A stretch of DNA of 64,000 nucleotides from an uncultured Methanosarcinales archaeon (GTDB lineage Archaea > Nanobdellota > Nanobdellia > Woesearchaeales > CAZYIM01). Below the pieces are notes generated by a model, which ran no database searches, had not been told where the DNA came from, and was given only the letters and a program-made list of their open reading frames with translations. A program made the position numbers and the translations under genes. The DNA is taken from positions 1-64,000 of the forward strand of contig CAZYIM010000011.1 in assembly GCA_964647565.1 (NCBI GenBank), given 5' to 3'. This document shows, piece after piece, positions 57,767 to 64,000 of this stretch (positions are counted from its first letter, which is position 1; each line of letters opens with the position of its first letter).

Positions 57767-58882
57767 TTAGCTCCCATACAGATATTTGAAATGATCCTTA
57801 ATGTTTGAAAATACTTTTGGCAGAATTAGCATAGTTCTTTTGTCATCATGGTCTCCATGGTACAAAATGCTCTTAGGTCTTCCAAGAGAATTCCAAAGTG
57901 CCATACTTGATTCTATAGGAAGAAGAGAATCCTCTATAGGATTAATCATAAGGATATATTCTTTTCTGGGATTGTTTGAGATCAATTGAGAATAACTAGA
58001 GGGTTCAGCCAGTTTAATTGCATCTTCAAAATATTCCAAGGTAATGTCTGGCTTATTTGCAAAAAGATGAGTTTTCCATTTCCTAAACATAGGATGGTTT
58101 GAGTTCCATATGGTTTTGGCAAGATTTGCAGACCCTGCCAAGAACACTCCCGAACTAAACCTTTCTTCATGAGAATAAGCTATTGAACCAACTATCCCTC
58201 CTAAGCTGACACCACAGATCCCAATCTTATCTCTGTCAACACAATCCTGCTTCTCAAGCCAGTCAACTGCTCGTTTAATATCAAGCACTGCCTGCCTGAA
58301 ATTTCGGTTCAGTTTCAAAACGTCTGAACACATAAAGGTTTCACCCTTGACCTTCCGTTTACCATAGTAAGGCAGTTTTAGCTCAAGGCAGGCAATACCC
58401 GACCTGGAAAGGTAATGGGAGATATGAGCTGCAATGGGTTCATCACCACCTAGTTCATGTAAGACAATGATTGCCGGAAGTTTAGTATCTAAAGCAGGCT
58501 TATAAAACTTTGAATGCACCTGATCATTAGCAGATCCATACTGGCAGGGAGAAGGAAACACAATCGATTCCAGTTCATACGACTCTGGAATATTCAAATC
58601 CAAAAGGTTGTGATACCAGCTAATAAAATTAACCATCTTCCTTTCTTTACTCATTTCTTTTTTTTTAAGAGGCGTAACAGTATTGATGAAACTCACTTTC
58701 TTGAATTCGAACTCTGATAATAATGAATCGATATTTCCAGATGTCTCAGAAAACTCATTGTTATTCGTCTCACATATCTCGTCAAACGATGTTGATCTTG
58801 TAAAATATTTGTAGGCTACTCCAGTGGTAAGAAAAGAGAAAATAGTCAAGCCAGTAATTATACGTTTCAGTTTCTGTTTTAT
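57767..58882 (-). CDS. Secreted/anchored alpha/beta hydrolase
   Basis: LPYYG.R, GVSLGG nucleophile elbow, D and H downstream. Start inferred at ATA 58882; the ORF track uses TTG 58849. Confidence 0.82.
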   Translation of the reverse strand: MKQKLKRIITGLTIFSFLTTGVAYKYFTRSTSFDEICETNNNEFSETSGNIDSLLSEFEFKKVSFINTVTPLKKKEMSKERKMVNFISWYHNLLDLNIPESYELESIVFPSPCQYGSANDQVHSKFYKPALDTKLPAIIVLHELGGDEPIAAHISHYLSRSGIACLELKLPYYGKRKVKGETFMCSDVLKLNRNFRQAVLDIKRAVDWLEKQDCVDRDKIGICGVSLGGIVGSIAYSHEERFSSGVFLAGSANLAKTIWNSNHPMFRKWKTHLFANKPDITLEYFEDAIKLAEPSSYSQLISNNPRKEYILMINPIEDSLLPIESSMALWNSLGRPKSILYHGDHDDKRTMLILPKVFSNIKDHFKYLYGS

Positions 58883-58894
58883 GGGAAACCACCT

Positions 58895-59989
58895 TTATCG
58901 CATATGCAACTCTAAAATATCATTATCCTTTAGGACATGATGCAACATCAGCTTCTGGCCGGGGAACTTGGATGATTTGCCCCAGACTCTTGCAAACTTG
59001 AACTTCTTGACAAAATCTTTATGCAATTTATTACAGACATCCTTTATGGTTGATTTCTTAAAGACAATCAGGGGTATCTCCATATCAGCTTCCTTGCCAG
59101 GTTCCTTCAACCAAAGCCTGATAAGATTGAGCTTCTCGAAGATCATCTGCTTCACCTTTTCAATACCAAGAGAGTTCGAAGCAGAGATAGCCAGGTCAGC
59201 ATTGGTCTTCTCAAGGACTTCGTTCAAGGTATCTTCATCAACCAGATCTATCTTGTTTAACACAAGGATGCTTGGCATGTAGACCTTATTGTCCTGGATG
59301 CAGTCTATGAACTGGTCAATTGTTACGTTAGTCCTGACAACAACATCCGCGTTATTTATCCTAAATTCCTTAAGGACATCCTTCATTGTCTGGACTGTGG
59401 TCTTGGTAAGCTTGACAGTCAAACCTATTCTAAGGCCATCCTTAGCTGTCCTCTTGATCTTGATATCCGGACGTCTCTGATTAAGCCGTATACCCGCATC
59501 ATACACCTCATTCAATATGACAGGCAAATGCTGAGGATTATTCACATCCACAAGTACCAACGCCAGGTCAGCATTCCTCATAACAGCCAGGACCTCCTTA
59601 CCCCTGCCCCTGCCAGAAGCAGCTCCTTTTACAATTCCAGGCACATCAAGTATCTGGATCTTGGCATGGTTATACTTCATGACTCCAGGAACAACAGTAA
59701 GTGTGGTAAATTCATACGCACCGACTTCACTCTTGGCGCCTGTAAGATCGTTAAGCAACGTACTCTTTCCAACAGACGGAAAACCCAAAAGAAGCGCTGT
59801 ACCATCACCGCTCTTGCGAACTGAATATCCATCACCTGCCTTACCACCGCTCCTCCTGCCTTCTTGTTTTTCCTTTAGCTTTGCCAACTGGGCCTTGTAC
59901 AAGCCAATTGCATGCTGGGTCCTCTTGTTGTATTTGGATTTACTAATAAGATCCTCCAGCTCCTTAATCTTCTCATCATATGCAGGCAT
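58895..59989 (-). CDS. DRG/OBG-family GTPase with TGS domain
   Basis: GFPSVGKS, YEFTTL, DVPG, NKID and ARVWGKS motifs. Confidence 0.93.
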   Translation of the reverse strand: MPAYDEKIKELEDLISKSKYNKRTQHAIGLYKAQLAKLKEKQEGRRSGGKAGDGYSVRKSGDGTALLLGFPSVGKSTLLNDLTGAKSEVGAYEFTTLTVVPGVMKYNHAKIQILDVPGIVKGAASGRGRGKEVLAVMRNADLALVLVDVNNPQHLPVILNEVYDAGIRLNQRRPDIKIKRTAKDGLRIGLTVKLTKTTVQTMKDVLKEFRINNADVVVRTNVTIDQFIDCIQDNKVYMPSILVLNKIDLVDEDTLNEVLEKTNADLAISASNSLGIEKVKQMIFEKLNLIRLWLKEPGKEADMEIPLIVFKKSTIKDVCNKLHKDFVKKFKFARVWGKSSKFPGQKLMLHHVLKDNDILELHMR

Positions 59990-60047
59990 AAGAGATAATA
60001 AAATAAGGTAGTATATAAAATTAATGAAGAAAAGAAAAAAACAGAGT

Positions 60048-61082
60048 CTATCCAAAAAAATCCGATGCAGGATCCAGAATCTGTCTCCAATATTTTTTCT
60101 GATCTTTTTCAGATGGTTTCCAGACTTCTAAAGCTAAACCCTTGATCTTAACTGCATTAATCAGTTCCTGACTTGGTTTCCAATCGATATCTAAACATTC
60201 AAAAAAATCCTTCAACACATAACAACGTTGTGACAAGACTTTCAATTTCAGGTTCTCTTCATCTAATTCCACAAGATGTTTCCATTGACTGGCTGCCAAC
60301 ACTTGAATTTCTTCTTTCAACTCCTGGATATCGCCAAACGAGTTCATGGATTTGCCATCCACCTCTACAAAATATCTTACTAATCCTGTTATTGGATCAC
60401 CCTGATAAACACTATGTGCAGATATTGCATCACAGCTGAACTTCACATTTTTATATATACAATAAATGGTTATCTTTTTACAAGAGGTGTCTAAATCCTG
60501 CCATAATAACTCAGGCTTTAAATCCTCAAAATGCTTTATCACTAAAATCTCATCTTTTCCAATTTTATAAGGCCCAAAATTTTCAACACCATAGTCTGTG
60601 TAAAAATCACTATATAACCCATTAGCCAAATGGTAAGCCACAACATATAATCTACCCAAGAGTCTTGCGATTTCTGGATCTGCTTTTACAAACTTTTTTT
60701 GCAGCATAATATTAATCATCTCAGGAGTATGTCCAATATTACTTTTAAACCCAGGCAAATCATCCTTGACGTTAAGTTTCAAGATCTCAAGAAAGAAATT
60801 AGCTATCTTGACTCTTTTTTCTTTCTCAATTCTTGCTGATTTCATATCCAGCAACAAAAAGAACAATTGAGACCTAAGGTTGCTGCTGCCTTTTATTGCC
60901 TGAGCCAACTTATCTCTACAAACTCCATTATCTTCCGCCTTATCAATTGCTTTGCATATCCTTTCAACCCACAGCTTATCAAACAAAGGATGAAATAAAA
61001 ATGGATTGATAGGCTTATAAGTGGATAGATCCATGTTACCCAAAGCTATCTGTATTGAATCAATGAATTTTTTAATTGCCAT
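60048..61082 (-). CDS. Hypothetical protein coupled to a PEP-utiliser domain gene
   Basis: 344-aa ORF; GGAGG upstream of ATG 61082; overlaps the upstream gene. Confidence 0.7.
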   Translation of the reverse strand: MAIKKFIDSIQIALGNMDLSTYKPINPFLFHPLFDKLWVERICKAIDKAEDNGVCRDKLAQAIKGSSNLRSQLFFLLLDMKSARIEKEKRVKIANFFLEILKLNVKDDLPGFKSNIGHTPEMINIMLQKKFVKADPEIARLLGRLYVVAYHLANGLYSDFYTDYGVENFGPYKIGKDEILVIKHFEDLKPELLWQDLDTSCKKITIYCIYKNVKFSCDAISAHSVYQGDPITGLVRYFVEVDGKSMNSFGDIQELKEEIQVLAASQWKHLVELDEENLKLKVLSQRCYVLKDFFECLDIDWKPSQELINAVKIKGLALEVWKPSEKDQKKYWRQILDPASDFFG

Positions 61083-61431
61083 CTTGATCCTCCAGTGAAT
61101 GAATCTCTCCAGACTCACCACACATCCTAATTTTAATTCCGTCCTGAATAACTTCAGTCAGGTCTTTTTCTGTCTTGACACATTTGGCTGAAACAATACA
61201 GGGTATGCCCATCTCTCTTGCAACAACAGATGGGTGTGATGTCAAACCGCCGATATCGCAAATAATACCCGCGGCTTTACACATCAACACAACAAAGGAA
61301 GGGTCAGTCAGATGAGTCACTAAGATGTCTCCATCTTTGAATTTAGAATGGTCATCTGGATCTCTAATAAGCCTTATTGTTCCTTCTACAATTCCGCTAC
61401 TGACTCCTAATCCTTTGGCTATCTTTCTCAT
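61072..61431 (-). CDS. Stand-alone PEP-utilising enzyme mobile (phospho-His) domain
   Basis: G.GVS.G..EG, GDILVT..TDP and GGLTSH..VVAREMGIPCIV motifs. Confidence 0.85.
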   Translation of the reverse strand: MRKIAKGLGVSSGIVEGTIRLIRDPDDHSKFKDGDILVTHLTDPSFVVLMCKAAGIICDIGGLTSHPSVVAREMGIPCIVSAKCVKTEKDLTEVIQDGIKIRMCGESGEIHSLEDQDGN

Positions 61432-62060
61432 TTTAGTTTCTCCTTCAATGCAGGCAGCAGTTCAGTCATGGTTCCTTTGTAGATTCTATTTTCAGCTTTC
61501 ATCAAACCATTTGGCTGTGCAACAACATGGTAACCATCACAATCCAAGCCCTGCATCGCAGCCTGCATGTTAGCAAAAGTATCTTCATATGTTGCCAGAA
61601 CATCTGCAATACCATAGCAGTCTGCAATAACCTTGGCCCAGATCTCCGGCTTTTTCTTGCTTCCAACACCAACGGTACTGTGTCTATGTGGCTCTGGAAA
61701 CAACTGATCCATACTGACTCTCTGACCTGTCCTGTCCTGATAGTCTTTTACAGCCGCTTCCAATCCCAACTCAAAACATCCCTGCGTACCTGCGGATATG
61801 ATTACAGGCAGCACCCCCTGCTTTTGGGTGTAAAGAATAGTCTCAACAAAACCAGGCATTATGTATATCTCTGCTTGTCCTTTCCTGATAATTTCCTCTT
61901 CTACAAAAGACTCTTCTTCTACTGTTTTTGGCTTGTAGCCAAACTGATCTATTCTATCCAAGAGTGTTTTTACAGCACCCTCATCTTCCTTCCATCCTTT
62001 GGCACCATCGTAATGATACATTGGCCCAAGGATATCAAATGCAACAATTTTTGTTTTCAT
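61428..62060 (-). CDS. Divergent HAD-like protein
   Basis: VAFDILG, PG, IISAG, KK.PE.W and YEDT motifs in HAD order. Confidence 0.55.
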   Translation of the reverse strand: MKTKIVAFDILGPMYHYDGAKGWKEDEGAVKTLLDRIDQFGYKPKTVEEESFVEEEIIRKGQAEIYIMPGFVETILYTQKQGVLPVIISAGTQGCFELGLEAAVKDYQDRTGQRVSMDQLFPEPHRHSTVGVGSKKKPEIWAKVIADCYGIADVLATYEDTFANMQAAMQGLDCDGYHVVAQPNGLMKAENRIYKGTMTELLPALKEKLK

Positions 62061-62143
62061 TTTTCGTCTCCTCCCTTTTTTTTCAGAAAGGGAAAAACTG
62101 TTTTATCATTACTACTATGTGGTGAAACAACTATATAAAACTT

Positions 62144-62165
62144 TGTCGTAAGAAGTATTACGAAA
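62144..62165. promoter_or_regulatory. Putative TrmB operator (imperfect palindrome)
   Basis: TGTCGTA-N8-TACGAAA between divergent TATA-like boxes. Confidence 0.45.
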
Positions 62166-62197
62166 CATTTATATAGAAAAAAGCCCTAGACAGCAAC

Positions 62198-62917
62198 ATG
62201 TACGAAACTGAACTCAAAGAGTTAGGATTGACCGACAATGAGATCAAGATATATCTAGCGTTGCTGCAAAAAGGGATTCTCAATCCAACTCAGCTGTCAA
62301 AGAATACAGGCCTGCACAGATCATATATCTACGACACTCTTGAACGATTACTGGAAAGAGGTGTTGTAAACACAGTATTGATAGACAACAAGAAAAACTA
62401 TCAGGCAGTCGATCCAAAAATACTTAGGGAAATATTTGAATTGAAACTTCGGCATCTGGATTCAGTTCTGCCAAAACTTTCTTCCTTATTCAACTCAGCA
62501 AAAGAAGAAACAAGAATTGAACTGCACAGGGGAAGCCGGGTTTATAAGACCCTTATCAAGGACCTTATTGCCAACATAAAAAAAAATGATACAGTTCTTT
62601 TATTAGGTGTTAATGAAAATATCTTAGAAACTGTTGAACCCATCTATCTCAAACAATATTTCAAGATCGCAGCAGAGAACAATGTAAAAGAAAAGGCAAT
62701 CATCGCAAAGGGGGGAAAAAGACTCACAGAATCTATCATCGAATACAAGGAATTAGACTCAAAATATTTTGATGAAACCACCATCGAGATTTTTCAGAAC
62801 AAAGTATATATCTTCATCTGGGGAAATCCCTATCAGCTCATTACTATCGAAAGTGAAAAGGTCGCCAACACATACAGAAAACAATTCAACCTTTTATGGG
62901 AAATTGCCCAATCATAA
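62198..62917 (+). CDS. TrmB-family transcriptional regulator
   Basis: LGLTDNE.KIY..LL and RSYIYDTLERL motifs; paralogue of 24037-24774. Confidence 0.85.
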   Translation: MYETELKELGLTDNEIKIYLALLQKGILNPTQLSKNTGLHRSYIYDTLERLLERGVVNTVLIDNKKNYQAVDPKILREIFELKLRHLDSVLPKLSSLFNSAKEETRIELHRGSRVYKTLIKDLIANIKKNDTVLLLGVNENILETVEPIYLKQYFKIAAENNVKEKAIIAKGGKRLTESIIEYKELDSKYFDETTIEIFQNKVYIFIWGNPYQLITIESEKVANTYRKQFNLLWEIAQS

Positions 62918-62958
62918 AAAAGAAAGATTTAAATGTATAACCATCAACAAAAAAAACA

Positions 62959-64000
62959 ATGATAACACAGCTTCTGAAGAGATATGCAACTTCTGACAAT
63001 CTAAGGATATTCAAAAAGATCTTCAATGATTGTTTAGATGTGACTAATGAGAAGGTCATTATCGTAGGAGACTACGGCACCAGGAACAATCTTATCTCAC
63101 CTGTATTGACTAATATCTACTCGCTGGCCGCAAGGGAGCTCAAGCTTAACTACGGCACCTATTTCCAAAACTCAAAGATACGAGGAGAGCATGCAGATGA
63201 TGTCCTGGTCTCAATATTCAGGAAGTTGCCTGAAAACAGTGTAATTATCGTCAATGTCTCCAGCAGGATGGGCACTCTGGGATCTGTTGGTTTAAGCTTC
63301 AGAAAGTTCTGCAAGGCCAGAAATCATAGGTTCATCTCCTCATCCAGCCTGGGAAGCCTGGACATGAAGTTCATGAATAGACTGATAGATACTCTTGATG
63401 TCAACTATAAGAGAATGCACGAAAAATCTATCAAGCTCAAAGAGAAACTTGACCGGGCAAGAGAAGTCCATGTCTTCAACAGGGCTGGCACAGACATCAC
63501 CTACAATGTTGAGGGATATACGGCCAGCATCAACGACGGATTCTACCAGAGTTCTGGAAAAGGGGGCAACATGCCTGCAGGCGAGGTCTATATCCCACCC
63601 AATAAAAAAAGGGTTAATGGCACCATTGCAATAGATGGCAGCGCAAGGCTTAAGGACAGGACCCTTGTAGTGACCAATCCAATCAAGATGACCATTGAGA
63701 ATGGTGAAATTACAAAGATGAACAGCTGCTATGAAGCAAAGTTGCTTGAGGCAACCCTCAAATGGGCGCATAAGAATTCAAAACATCCGTGGGGTGTCAG
63801 AAGAATCGGCGAGTTGGGCATAGGTATCAACGAAAAGGCAAGGATTGTCGGAGCAACAGTCATTGACGAGAAAACTGTCGGCACCGCGCATTTTGCCATC
63901 GGCAGTAATGCATGGTTTGGAGGCAGCATATATTCCATCATACATCTGGACCAGGTTCTCAGGAATGCTGTCATAAAGATAGATGGTCGACTGCTTAAGG
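62959..64000 (+). CDS. M29-like (thermophilic metalloprotease) aminopeptidase, running off the window end
   Basis: Manual translation from ATG 62959 gives GTD, NMPAGEVY, DGS, GELGIG.N, DEK..GTAHFAIG.N and HLD motifs. Confidence 0.85.
   Translation, partial: MITQLLKRYATSDNLRIFKKIFNDCLDVTNEKVIIVGDYGTRNNLISPVLTNIYSLAARELKLNYGTYFQNSKIRGEHADDVLVSIFRKLPENSVIIVNVSSRMGTLGSVGLSFRKFCKARNHRFISSSSLGSLDMKFMNRLIDTLDVNYKRMHEKSIKLKEKLDRAREVHVFNRAGTDITYNVEGYTASINDGFYQSSGKGGNMPAGEVYIPPNKKRVNGTIAIDGSARLKDRTLVVTNPIKMTIENGEITKMNSCYEAKLLEATLKWAHKNSKHPWGVRRIGELGIGINEKARIVGATVIDEKTVGTAHFAIGSNAWFGGSIYSIIHLDQVLRNAVIKIDGRLLK

Noticed and set aside
61527..62138. Long antisense ORFs (also 43059-43619, 27875-28453 and others)
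   Set aside because: They are shadows of well-supported genes on the opposite strand.

Overview
AT-rich, gene-dense chromosomal fragment from an archaeon. Cbf5, TFE-alpha, ZPR1, a DRG GTPase, an AglH-type GlcNAc-1-P transferase and TATA-box promoters support this. A DPANN/Woesearchaeota-like origin is inferred from the gene repertoire and not proven. About 1-30 kb is a surface-glycosylation cluster (GT2/GT4/ArnT-like transferases, WbpA/B/D/E/P-like di-N-acetyl uronate genes, rmlCBDA). It is interleaved with toxin-antitoxin modules (RelE, MNT-HEPN, VapBC) and a TrmB-linked ABC transporter/amidohydrolase unit. About 30-64 kb holds housekeeping and metabolic genes plus hypothetical proteins. The most notable unexplained signal is three dispersed intergenic fold-back elements (14903-15123, 28918-29007, 45598-45713) with related terminal inverted repeats and a covarying 8-bp triloop hairpin. 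Other signals are apparent ATA/ATC start codons, an in-frame TGA in a radical SAM gene, homopolymer frameshifts, split phospho-histidine (PEP-utiliser) modules and readable autoregulatory operators. No tRNA, rRNA, CRISPR array, integrase or transposase was recognised. All calls come from reading motifs by eye and no database searches were run.
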